Shown: piece by piece, positions 51,148 through 63,568 of the stretch | Layout of the letters: the number at the start of each line of letters is the position of its first letter | How positions within the stretch are numbered: position 1 is the stretch's first letter | Assembly: GCA_951406725.2 (NCBI GenBank) | Contig: OX597815.1 | Location: 181,722,001-181,786,000 of the forward strand | DNA length: 64,000 nucleotides | Direction of reading: 5' to 3' | From: Octopus vulgaris | Lineage: Eukaryota | Made by a program: the position numbers and the translations under genes | Notes under the pieces: generated by a model | What the model was told of the DNA's origin: nothing | The model's input: only the letters and a program-made list of their open reading frames with translations | Databases searched by the model: none

Positions 51148-52694
51148 ATTATGAGATAATGTATGGTTAATTGATTAATTAAAAAAAAATGTGAATGAAT
51201 AAGCGATACGCTTGACACAGTTATCTGAATGCTGAGGGTTAGACTTTGTTTTTTCTTGCTTTCTATTTTCTCTATATACTTCCATAAAGCTTATTGTCTA
51301 AGGCTTTAAATTTTTCTTTTTGGAGCCTTTATTTTATCCATCATTTCTCAGTTTTACTGAATATTCTTCTGAGAGAAATCCATTTCAAATCAACTTTCAC
51401 TCATGCTATCGTTTCTTTTTTTTTTTTATTATTATTATTCCTCCAATGACTGTTTAATGGCCACATGAAAATCAAATAAGCATGAATTACTTTTTTTAAT
51501 ACAGAAATATAGATAAACAGTTCTATCCATAGTTAAATCATTGTGTGTGCATTCATGTGTGTGTATATATACATATGTGTGCGCGTGTGTATGCATACAC
51601 AAATTAGCACCTCACACAATCTCCTCTCCATATCCTCCCCTCCACCCATCATCTCTCTCCCACTGCAGCTCTCCCTTGATACCATCTTATTCATTCTTGC
51701 TACCTGGAACCATTTCAATTGTTAGCCATTCTTTATCCTGTTCTCTCCACCACCCACACGTTACAAGGATTCATCCTTCCAGCACTGAACCAAATTATTT
51801 TACATCATGCACAATGCCTGCCCCTTGCTGCTCCTCTTCTTCACCCCGTGGAATTTTGCTCTTGCTCTCTCCCTCTCAACAGCACCATCATCGTTATCTT
51901 CCTGCTTCTCCACACTCCTCTAACTGCTGCATCACTGGTTATCCCTCACTCATTATCCATCACTCCCTACATTCCTCCCTTCAATCATACCAAATCATTA
52001 CAGTTGTCCCTTACCTTCTCTCTCATCACCTGCTCCCCTATTTCTTGCTCCACCTAAACTCTTGCAAACTCTCACCCTCTAGTTCCTCTATCCCTATTCA
52101 CTTCATGCTGCATATCCCAAGGGGCCACCCAAGCACTTCATCACCACTGTATATCTCCTTGCAGCCCCTACTGGTTATTCTTACTCCCTTGTCAAAATGT
52201 GACATCCATGCAGTGCCTCTTCAACAAAAATTACTCTGTCCTCACATTTTCCCATACTGTAACCATTCATCCCCTTACATGTACCCAATCCCCCACTCCC
52301 TCAAGATTCATAGTCTTGCAAGTCGCATGGCATCTCCACTGGTGCTTGTGGTGCAAAGAAAAAAGGACTTGCTCTAAAGTTAATGGCATTAGGAAAGGCA
52401 TCCAGCTATAGAAGCCATACCAAAGCAGACACAAGAGCACAATGCAGTCCTCAAACCCATCACATCAAAACAACCAACCCATGTCAGCATAGCACATGAC
52501 CCTTAAAGGAGGACGATGATTTCTGCAACTTAATCTTTGGGCCGTTATATAATTGCTATGAAACCATAGACATAGACTGGTTGATGAACACTAAGGGCAA
52601 ATTTAAAAGGAATTCTACATGATGAAAAATTTTTTTCACCTCATGGATTGGCTATCATCAAGACATCAGACAAAATGCCTTGTGGTATTTAGAA

Positions 52695-52957
52695 TGGCAG
52701 TGAGCTGGAAGAAACATTAGCACGCCGGGCGAAATGCATAGCCGTATTTCGTCTGCCGTTACGTTCTGAGTTCAAATTCCGCCGAGGTCGACTTTGCTTT
52801 TCATCCTTTCGGGGTCGATAAATTAAGTACCAGTTATGTACTGGAGTCTATGTAATGGGCTTAATCGGTTTGTCTGTCCTTGTTTGTCCTCTCTGTGTTT
52901 AGCCCCTTGTGGGTAGTAAAGAAATAGGTATTTCGTCTGCCGTTACGTTCTGAGTTG
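52695..52957 (+). mobile_element. SINE family B with short tandem restart
   Basis: Family B sequence followed by GGTATTTCGTCTGCCGTTACGTTCTGAGTT. Confidence 0.88.
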
Positions 52958-52984
52958 ATGTTAGTTAGCAGGTGAAGTAAGATA

Positions 52985-53130
52985 TAACAGATTATCGTGC
53001 TTTCTTCCTTGTTGTATGGGGCTGAAACCTTGATAGTCAATAAAGCTCAAGTAGATAAGTTACAGGTATATATGATGAGACAGTCATGGCAAATTATGAA
53101 TATCACTCAGAGAAGAAGTGATACTATGTA
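52985..53130 (+). mobile_element. RTE LINE reverse-transcriptase C-terminal fragment
   Basis: VLSSLLYGAETLIVNKAQVDKLQVYMMRQSWQIMNI matches the RTE LLYGxETW...L..F..R.LR.I..I motif. Confidence 0.75.
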
Positions 53131-53589
53131 TAGAATGCAAGATATCTTACTTTTTTATAGATTAGTTAAGCATAATTTGTCCCTGCTTTTCAATCTCAGT
53201 ATTTAAGCTATGCATAATACTGCTGTAGTACATGTGCTGCATGCATTCCTACAGCTACATTTTCTTTATATGCTGTAAAGGCAGAAGTAAATCTGCCTCC
53301 AACTCAGTCGCATGTCTGTATTTCGCTTATGATTTTTGTGTGTTTTACAACATAAATGTCACCAACTGCCTACCCTGAGTAACTACAGATGGCACGTGCC
53401 TGGTGTCTATAATAGAGAGTGAGAGAGGAGAAGCTAACGAACGAGACATAAAGACAATAGTACTTAAAAATATTAAATACAATTACAATTTCTAGGAAAA
53501 ATTATAATTCACTTACCTTAATAACATGCAAATTTATTTACATGTGCTAATTCAAATAAAATGTGTGTGTATTTGTGTCTGTGCATGTC

Positions 53590-53625
<36 letters not shown>

Positions 53626-53633
53626 TATATCAT

Positions 53634-53688
<55 letters not shown>

Positions 53689-53989
53689 ACACATATATAT
53701 ATATACTTGTGAATATGTGAGAGCAAGAGCGAAAGAGTGGTTTGTGTGTGTGTGCCTGCCTTATATTCAATGAGTATGAAAGGAACAAAGATAAAGCCAT
53801 GTTTTATTATTTATCAACATGCTGACCAGTTGCGCATGACATTTATTTTCAAATATGAATGTAACAATGTTTTTTGATTCTACTTTTTAAATGTTTTTGT
53901 ACTTGTTTTCGCTTTTTTCAAAAAGTTTGAATGAGAAAGACAAGTTCTTGGTAAGAGAATGCAAAAGAGATAATCAGAGAGAAAGAGGA

Positions 53990-54045
<56 letters not shown>

Positions 54046-54126
54046 AGGCAGACATTAAGACCAAGGAGAGAAATCAAACGATACACAGAGAGAGGCAAAT
54101 GTGAGCGGTAGTTTACAGCAATTGGT

Positions 54127-54345
54127 TACTCTTTTACTAGTTTCAGTCATTTGACTGTGGCCTTGCTGGAGCACCACCTTTAGTCGAATAAATCGACCCA
54201 GGATTCTTCTTTGTAAGCCTAGTACTAATTCTATTGGTCTCTTTTTGCCGAACTACTAAGTGACAGGGATGTAAACACACCAACATCAGTTGTCAAGTGA
54301 TGGTGGGTGGACAAACAAAGACACTAACAACAAATACATATATAC
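54127..54345 (-). mobile_element. SINE family A 3' half
   Basis: Reverse complement of the family A tail. Confidence 0.85.
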
Positions 54346-54689
54346 ATACATATATATATGATTAGGTGTGGTGAAACGAAACTAAAGAACACCTTCAAGG
54401 ACAGAGTTTGTTGCAAATCCTTGTGTGACCTTAATTGTGGATTTCTATTCTGGTTAGAGTGTCATATATTTTTTTCCTCCAAAAAGATGATCTCCTCCAC
54501 TCCTAATGTATGAATTTTACATATTCTAGAAAGTAGACAGACAAATTTTAATTTTGTACACCAGTGGCTCTCAACCATTTTTTTTTTTACCTATGGACCC
54601 TTTCAGCTCCTATTTTATTCAGGTGGACCCTCATAAACATTTGATGTTTAAAACATCCAATTATATTCTTATAATTAAATCAAATCAAA

Positions 54690-55837
54690 ATCACTGGCAT
54701 GGCCGATGACAGTACCATCTGATTGGCACTTAAAAGCACATCCAAGTGTGGTTGTTGCCAAGGTCACGGATTGGCTCCCGTGCCGGTGGCATATAAAAAG
54801 CACCATTCCAGCATGATCGTTGCCAGCGTCACTTTATCAGCACATGTGCTGGTGGCACATAAAAAACAACATTCAAGTGTGGTTGTTACCAGTGCTGCCA
54901 GACTGGCTCCCATGCAGGTGGCACATAAAAAACACCTTTTGAACATGGTCATTGCCAGAACTGCCTGACTGGCCCTCATGCCAGTGGCATGTAAAAAGCA
55001 CCCACTACACTCTCAGAGTGGATTGCATTAGGAAGGGCATCCAGCTGTAGAAACTTTGCCAGATCAGATTGAGCTTGGTGCAGCCTTGTGGCTCACCAGT
55101 CCCTAGTCAAACTGTCCAACCCATGTCAGCATGGAAGCTGGCATTAAATGACGATGATGATTAAGTGAAGAATATGATTAGGAATTGCATAAAAAAAGAA
55201 TAGTTAAAATATTTTGGGTCTTGTCGGAGTATAACCAGAGTCAAGTACATCAACATCAGCGATATCAAAATCAAATCTAATGGAAATTGTAGTTGTGACC
55301 CTTGTGCCGGTGGCACGTAAAAAGCACCATCCAAACATGGCCAATGCCAGTGCTGCCATGACTGGCTTCCGTGCCGGTGGCACATAAAAAGCATCATCCA
55401 ATTGTGGTTGATGCCAGTTCCTCTGGTTCCTTGTGCTGGTGGCACGTAAAAAGCACCCACTACACTCTCAGAATGGTTGGCGTTAGGAAGGGCATCCAGC
55501 AGTAGAGACATTGCCAGATCAGATTGGAGCCTGGTGCAGCCTTCTGGCTTCATAGACCCCAGTTGAACCATCCAACCCATACCAGCATGGAAAACAGATG
55601 TTAAACGATGATGATGATGACGATGTTGATGAATTATAACCACAAAATCTTATACAAACTCCCAAATATCATATGGATTGTTCCCTATAGTAATTCTTAT
55701 ACTAATTTCTGGCATTAGGAAGGGCATCCAGCTGTAGAAATATTGCCAGATCAGACTGGGCTTGGTGCAGCCTTCTGGCTTCCCAGACCCCAGTTGAACC
55801 GTCCAACCCATACTAGCATGGAAAGCAAACGCTAAAC
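54690..55837 (+). mobile_element. Cluster of three RTE 3' UTR-derived repeats (family C)
   Basis: 54690-55161, 55230-55622 and 55709-55837; internal 66-bp units and (GAT)n tails. Confidence 0.85.
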
Positions 55838-56485
55838 GAAGATTCCCATTTTTTGTATTACATTGAACAGGCCTTATCCTCTCATCAAAAACTTTAATCT
55901 TCACTTATGATGTAGTCTCTCATGTACTGAATTCTTCCTAGGTATTACATATATAAAGTGTTCTCTCATCAAACTACTTTGGATGAACTAAGTCCTGGTC
56001 ACTGTTTTCATTTGTAGAATTAAACTGCTAAATTTTTAAAAGGTTTAGTTTTTTCCCCTTTGTCATGTAAAGCCTGCCTGGCATTCATGTTGTGACTACA
56101 CAGGATTTGTACATTATTGTTTTTGTGTGGTCAGTTGAAAAATTTATTTCTCATCTATCACCGAATGGAAGTCTTTTAACCTTAACATTTAATCCGCAAC
56201 CATCCTAAATCTTTTAACATTCTGTCAGGCATTATATTATGCATCCAACATATTTAATTTCATTTTATTCTTTTGTTGGTCATTACATCTGTATAAAATA
56301 TATTTGATGTTTTGCTTTACAAGAATCCTGGAAGCATCAGAACCATCAATCTACATGCACTTGCATGTGTATGTGTGTGTGTATCGTGTGTGTATGTGTG
56401 TGTGTATTTACACATTGAAAACAGACTACTCTTTATTGCAACAAAGAGCCCTTATTTATTTTTAGTGAAGTTTCAGAACAATAGT

Positions 56486-56745
56486 GGAAGCGCATGGCTT
56501 AGTGGTTAGGGTGTCAGCACCATGATCGTAAGATTGTGGATTCGATTCTTGGACCAGGTGACACATTGTGTTCTTGAGCAAAACACTTCAGTTCACATTG
56601 CTCCAGTCCACTCAGCTGGCAAAAATGAGTAACACTGTGATGGACTGGTGTCCTATCCAGCTGGGGAACACATACGCCATTGAAACCAGGAAACCGGGCC
56701 CATGAGCCTGGCTAGGCTTTAAAAGGGTGCATTTATTATTTTTTT
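56486..56745 (+). mobile_element. tRNA-derived SINE family D
   Basis: A-box TGGCTTAGTGG, B-box GATTCGATTC, core TTGTGTTCTTGAGCAAAACACTT..GCTCCAGTCCACTCAGCTG; relics at about 14575, 44852 and 60630. Confidence 0.8.
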
Positions 56746-56989
56746 CAGGACAATATATATTTGATTAAATGTTGTAATGAACACTATGTGTATATGAGTT
56801 TTGAATGTCTCTGAAATGTTCAAAGAGAACTGTAAGAAGCAAGGTAAACACCACCATGGTAGTGTCTTACGAGAGTGTTAGATGCATTTCAGCCTCTTGA
56901 AGAATTGCTAATGATGTGTATCCACCATTATATGGTTAGACAAAATTTATCCCCTCAGATATATGTAGGAACAATGAATCATAATTTCA

Positions 56990-57392
56990 GGTGGTGAGCT
57001 AGCAGAAACATTAGTACGCCAGGTGAAATGCTTAGTGGTATTTCATTCTGAGTTCAAATTCTGCGGAGGTCGACTTTGCCTTTCTTCCTTTCAGGGTTGA
57101 TTAAATAAGTACTAGTTATGGACTGGGGTCGATGTAATCGACTTAATCCGTTTGTCTGTGCTTGTTTATCCTCTCTGTGTTTAGCCCCTTGTGGGTAGTA
57201 AAGAAATAGGTATTTCGTCTGCTGTTACGTTCTGAGTTCAAATTCCGCCGAGGTTGACTTTGCCTTCCATCCTTTCGGGGTCGATTAAATTAGTACCGGT
57301 TATGCACTGGGATTGATGTACTCGACTTAATCCCTTTGTCTGTCCTTGTTTATCCCATCTATGTTTAGCCCCCTGTGGACAATAAAGAAATA
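56990..57392 (+). mobile_element. SINE family B dimer (full unit + headless unit)
   Basis: Junction AAAGAAATA-GGTATTTCGTCTG at about 57200-57222. Confidence 0.88.
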
Positions 57393-57804
57393 AATGAATG
57401 AATGATAACTTCACTGATGTTGCAGATAGCTTGCTGGGCTGAAATAAAATTGATGTTTGCTGCTTGCTATTGAAACAGCATTAAATTAAAGTAGCCAATA
57501 AGAGGCATAATGCTGTAGTTTGCTCATTCAATTGCATATACAAAATTTATTTCAGCCCAACAAGCTTTCTACAATATCGCAATAATTACAAAATGTCAAA
57601 GGGGACAAATTTCCAACCAGATATGTGATGACAGGGTACACATCATTTACAGTACCCAAGGAAACCAAAACACACTGGACATTCTTGTGCTCGGATGATG
57701 TTTGCCTCTCTTTGATATATATTGTATTTTTAATATATGGCTGTGAAGGGACTTTTTTCTTTTATCTCAGACAGAAATTACAGCATCATACCTTTCAGTG
57801 GCAA

Positions 57805-58196
57805 AGATGCAGGAATGGCTGTGTGGTAAGAAGTTTGTTTCCCAGCCACTTGGTTCCGGGTTCAGTCCCATTGCATGGTACCTTGGGCAAGTATCTTCTA
57901 TTATAGCCTTGGGTCGATCAAAACCTTGTGAGTAGATTTAACAGACAGAAACTGAAAGAAGCTCATCTTGTGTGTGTGTGTTTCATTGTGTCTGTGTTGG
58001 TCCCCCAACACCACTTGACAAGCAGTATTAATATGTTTATGTTCCTATAACTTAGCAGTTTAACAAGAGGGACTGATAGAATGAGTATCAGACTTTACAA
58101 ACAAAACAATAAGTACTGGAGTCAATTCATTCGACCAAATTTTCTTCAAGGCGGTGCCCCAGCAAGGCCACAATCTGATGACTGAAACAAGTGAAA
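57805..58196 (+). mobile_element. SINE family A
   Basis: Head, core and tail all recognisable. Confidence 0.85.
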
Positions 58197-58464
58197 AAAA
58201 TTATAAACAAGTTTAAAAAAAAGAAAGACTATTTTCATTTAATGCTGTTTTGATTTCACACCCCAAATTAATTTTTAAAATTTCACGTTTTCAAAAACAA
58301 ATTTGACATCTATTAAATAAATTTTATGTTAGGAATAATATTCTTTTCTAATCTAGGCACAATGCCTGAAATTTTGGAGGAGGGGGATAGTTGATTAGAT
58401 TGACCCCAGTACTTAATTCATCGACCCAGAAAGGATGAAAGGCAAAGTCAACCTCGATGGCATG

Positions 58465-58738
58465 TTAGGAATGAGGAGGAGACCCCCTTCGGTCATGAAT
58501 GACCATGGGATTGCACCTAGAAAGTTACCCTCCAAGGCACAAGTCAGGGCAAGATTGTTGTGCCGATACAGCTTAGCACCAGTGACGTCGCAATTCATTT
58601 CTACAGCTGAGTGAACTGGAGCAACATGAAATAAAGTGTCTTGCTCAAGAACACAACACACAGCCCAGTCTGGGAATCGAACTCACAACCTCACGATCAT
58701 AAGCTCTATGCTCTAACCACTGAGCCATGCGCCTTCAC
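58465..58738 (-). mobile_element. tRNA-derived SINE family D (different tail)
   Basis: Minus strand TGGCTCAGTGGTTAGAGC..GAGTTCGATTCC and the same core as 56486. Confidence 0.8.
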
Positions 58739-60153
58739 ATGTTAGGCGCATATTACAACAAAATACTTCTAACTGTAAACCAATGAGTGAGCCTTAAAGT
58801 GGTTGCTCGAAATAGCAACTAAATCTCCTTCATGTCACACAGTCTTTTTAGAAAGAAATTGCCTTTACTGGATAATTGATACCTTTTTTTCACACTCTAC
58901 CTAAGGAAAGGGTGGGATGGACATGGCTGTGATGTATGATCTGCTTAATCAGAGCAGACCTGGGGTTTAATAATAATATCTACTCAATTATAAATAAAAA
59001 TATTTTCTCCCAAATATTCTGTAATAGTAGCTCAAAAAATCAATACATTGATTTTTCATTATCTCTATTATTTCTAAACTGTTTGCACATTTTTTTTTTC
59101 CTTATCCAAATTCTCTTATGTAATCATAGCTAATAAAATCCTACTGAATTTATTAAATATATCTTTCTTCCTGTCAATAATATTCAAAAGAAAGTGTTCT
59201 GACACAATTAGGTAACATACACGCTCACACGGATACACATGCATACATGCACACACATGCATATATGCACATACCCACACTCGTATAAACATAGGAAGGA
59301 TGATCTCTGTTTTTAAAATGTAAATTATAATTTTTGTTTTGTTTAGCTCCAGATCTGCTCTGATCCATCAGACTTAGTCAAAAGGTGGGTCTTGAGATAG
59401 AGTTCTGCTCAGCAGGTTGGCCAGGTGCACCTAGGAATACACCAACAAATGGTGAATGCAGCGCAGCCTGTTACTACAGCACATGACCCAACAGCTGACC
59501 TGACCTAACCTAAACCCAGTGAGAGACACAGGTGGTTTTAGGATAAGCAAACCTGCAGTGGTGGATGGGTTATGACAAGCAATAATATGACCTGATAAAA
59601 GTGAATCTGAGCTTATCCATTTCTAAATAGAAAATTTTCTGACGTAATAAACCTTATGTCACCTTGAATCTATTTCTAACGACTCCCTTTGATAGCTTCT
59701 GCTTTGCTTACATAAACTCCTCAGAGACAACCCTTGCAAGTACGGATCTCAACCCTATACTAGTCTCCTGATGATAGTAGTTGCTTAATTCTCCTAAAAT
59801 TCTTTGTTGCTAGATGTAAGCAGGTTTTCAACAAAATGACTCTGAGTTCTTCAAAGTATTTTAATAGAAATAACAAGTGTTAAGCTGTTTAACTTATATC
59901 TTATTTTATGATTCTCTTTTGCCATTTTTATTTGTAAAGAGAATATCTTTACATTTCCTTTCAGATAACTCCCTTGTTGCTCCATCAAATTTTAGTTTCA
60001 TGCTATCAGTTTAAAACTCTTCTTGTTGTATGATGTTCCCACGTATAAAGCTACGTGAAAAACAAAAAAAAAAAAAAATCTAAAGGCAAGATTGTGCAAG
60101 CAATAAGTAAATGGATAAAATGATAGTTCTCAAGTGTGGACGAAACCATTAGA

Positions 60154-60485
60154 CATCATCATCATCATCATCATCATTGTAGTTTAAGTCTGTTTTCCAT
60201 GCTGGCATGGGTTGGACGGTTTGACTAAGGTTTGGAGAGCCAGCAGTTGCACCAGGCTCCAATCTGATCTGGCAAATTTTCTACAGCTGGATGCCCTTCC
60301 TAACGCCAACCACTCTGAGAGTGTAGTGGGTGCTTTTTACATGCCACTGGCACAGGAACCAGTCAGGTGGGCCTGGCATCGATCACATTTAGATACTGCT
60401 TTTTTCGTGCCACAGTATGGGGGCCAGTCAGAAGGTATTAGCATCAGCCACATTCGGTTGGTGCTTTTTACATACCACCAGCACG
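60154..60485 (-). mobile_element. RTE 3' UTR-derived repeat (family C)
   Basis: (CAT)n tail and family C motif. Confidence 0.82.
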
Positions 60486-60577
60486 TTAGTAAGTACTGGC
60501 ATCTTATATATATGTGTGTATGTATGTCTGTATGTGAAGTGTGTATCTATATATGTATCTATGTGATATGTATATCA

Positions 60578-60615
<38 letters not shown>

Positions 60616-61125
60616 TGGTCAGGTAATTCAGCTCATGAGTTCAATTTCTGATGGTGCAATGTATCCTTAAACAAGTCGCCTAACTTCACTTTGCTCCTGT
60701 CCACTCAGCTGGCAAAAATGAGTTGTACCTGTAATTAAAAAGGGTCAGCCTTGTCACTTTCTGTGTCACACTGGATTTGCCTCAGAACTGCATTAAGGGT
60801 ATTCCTGTTAATTTCATGAGCAGGCTGTTCTGCTGATCAGATCAACTGAAACCATCGTCATGGTAACGAAAATAATGCCAGTTTCATATGTGTGTTTGTG
60901 TGTGGGGCTATCTATATATGTGTATATGTGTGTATGTGTGAGTGTATATATATGAGTGTGTGTGGTATATACATACGTACATATGTAGGGAAAAAATAAG
61001 TTCAAAAGAGAACAGTTCAAACTTTTTGAGAGGTCCAAAAAGAGAGAAAGAATGATTTCTAATAAAGATTCATCATATTCGTAAAAAAACAGCCAGAGCA
61101 ATTAGTAAGAATATGAAAATAGTAT

Positions 61126-61417
61126 TTGAAAAATATTGTTATAGGTATAAATATACTATAAACAATTATAGAAAACTGGAGGAGAAAAAGATGTTGAATC
61201 AAAATTAGATTTAATACAAAATAGGATTCAATACATACACACGTTTCAAAGGACAGTACAAATATGTATGAAAAAAATTAAAATCATTGTCCTTTAAAAC
61301 ATGGGTATGTATTGAATCCTATTTTGTATTAAATCTAATTTTGATGCAAAATCTTTTTCTCCTCCATTTGTCTATAATCATTTATGGTATATTTATACCT
61401 ATAACGATATTTTTCAA
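61126..61417. repeat. Inverted repeat (about 130 bp arms, 32 bp spacer)
   Basis: 61126-61255 is the reverse complement of 61288-61417. Confidence 0.88.
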
Positions 61418-61770
61418 CTACATATGTACATATATATATATATATATCCATTCTGTCAATACCGCAAATACCGTAAAATTCTTCCCTGAAGATGGAGGGT
61501 GGTGGTACCTGATGATGGAATCAAGTTACAAGCATTATTTTGGACCAGCAAGCCGCCAGAAATAACTGTTGGACTCGTAAAACTCCTACTCAACCTCCTT
61601 GATTCCTGATTATCATTTATATTTTGTGTATCTCAGGCTTTTTTATATGTATATATATGTATATTTTTGGATTAAACTTGTTCAATATTTTTTGTATATT
61701 AACTTGCCCCAGTAGCTTGTCCTCACATTTACTCCCATACACACACACACACACACACACTCATATATAT

Positions 61771-62703
61771 ACTGGTGACAAAGGGTCTCTCACTCAGAAT
61801 GAAAGGTAGATTGTACGATTCATGTGTGTGTGAATTGCCATGCTTCACGGCAATGAAACATGGGCCATGAATGTGGAGGACATACATAGGCTCGAAAGAA
61901 ATGAAGCTAGCATGATACCCTGGATGTGTAATGTCAGTGTGCACACATGACAGAGTGTAAGTGCCCTGGGAGAAAAGTTGGACATAAGAAGCATCGGATG
62001 TTGCATGCAAGAAAGACATTTGCATTGGTATGGTCACGTGCTATGGATGGATGAGGAGAGCTGTGTGAAGAAGAGCCACTCCCAAACAATGGAAGGAATC
62101 CTGGGTAGAGGGAGACCCAGGAAAACATGGGATGAGGTGGTGAAGCATGACTTTCAAATGTTGGGCCTCACAGAGGCAATGACAAAAGACCGAGACCTCT
62201 GGAGCTATGCTGTGACTGAGAAGACCTGGCAAATAAAGTGAGTTAACAGCTGTAACCTACACCAAAGTTGCATAACCGTCCCACTCAAAGGTACCTTGGA
62301 TTGTAGGGCGACATGCTGTGCTTGAGGAGACCTACTGAGTCAAGTACATCAAAATCAAATGGAAATTGTAGTTGTGATCCCCGTGCTGGTGGCACATATA
62401 AAGCACCATCCAAATGGGGCTGATGCCAGCGTCGCCTTGACTGGCTCCCGTGCTGGTGGCACATAAAAAGCACCAACTGATTGTGGTTGTTGCCAGTCCC
62501 CTCTCGCCCCTGTGCTGGTGGCACATAAAAAGCACTCACTACATTCTCTGTGTGGTTGGCGTTAGGAAGAGCATCCAGCTGTAGAAACACTGCCAGATCA
62601 GACTGGAGCCCGGTGCAGCCTCCTGACTTCCCAAACCCCGGTCAAACCATCCAACCCATACCAGCATAAAAAACGGACGTTAAACGATGATGACGACGAC
62701 GAC

Positions 62704-62742
<39 letters not shown>
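61771..62742 (+). mobile_element. 5'-truncated RTE LINE: ORF C-terminus (stop 62241), 3' UTR and (GAT)n tail
   Basis: KGRLY..MLHGNETWAM..RLERNE..HLHWYGHVLWM..GRGRPRKTW..DRDLW; typical RTE motifs with a frameshift and an in-frame stop. Confidence 0.92.
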
Positions 62743-62745
<3 letters not shown>

Positions 62746-63410
62746 ATATGAATACACACATACTTATATGTGTGTGTGTATAGATAGATAGATAAAGACA
62801 CACATGCACACACATTTCTTTTATTTATATCTTTTAATTTATTCAGGTTAATTATCAGTTTCATTACAAATTACTCAAAAGAAACCCAGTGTATGTTCCC
62901 ATTTGCTGTTTATATATTTCATTCATTTTGCATAAAATAACAATTCCTATTGTATCAGAATATCTGCTATGTTATACTTTTGAAATAAAACATCTAAATT
63001 ATTGCTAGGAAGAGAATACATGTTTCAAACCTTTCTTTGTGTAGTTTAGTGCTAATGGATATGTAATCTATAAAAAAAAAAATCAAATCTAAATATTTCC
63101 TATTTGTAGAATTGGTTCATAAAATTCTGTTATTTTCCATATAAAATGATTTTCGAATCATTTAAGACATTCCAACTTCCATTATCCTATGTGACTTCTG
63201 TATTTGAATCTTCACTTGTTTTATTTCCATCTTTCTTTATCAAAACTTATTTTAAAGTATTGACGAAGTGTGATGGGTATTTTTTTTTTTTTTTTTGTCT
63301 TTTAATAATGTTTTAATTCAGCATAAATTACGGAGTCATTACAGTCCACTTCTGAAAAAAAAATTGCTACACTTGAATGTATGCACACACATATATACAC
63401 ACACTCACAG

Positions 63411-63503
63411 GAGAGAGAGAGAGAAAGAGAGAGACGGACGGACAGACAGAGACAGAGACAGAGAGAGAGAGAGAGAGACAGAGAGAGAGACAGACAGATA
63501 GAC

Positions 63504-63566
<63 letters not shown>
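63411..63566. repeat. (GA)n/(GACA)n microsatellite
   Basis: Direct reading. Confidence 0.97.

Positions 63567-63568
<2 letters not shown>

Noticed and set aside
51541-52377. 278-aa ORF
   Set aside because: Pyrimidine-rich low-complexity strand that lacks stop codons by composition; S/P/H/L-rich, no ATG start, no domain.
54720-55460. CRISPR-like repeat/spacer appearance
   Set aside because: Linkers are homologous to one another, the array lies in an RTE 3' UTR, the context is eukaryotic and there are no cas genes.
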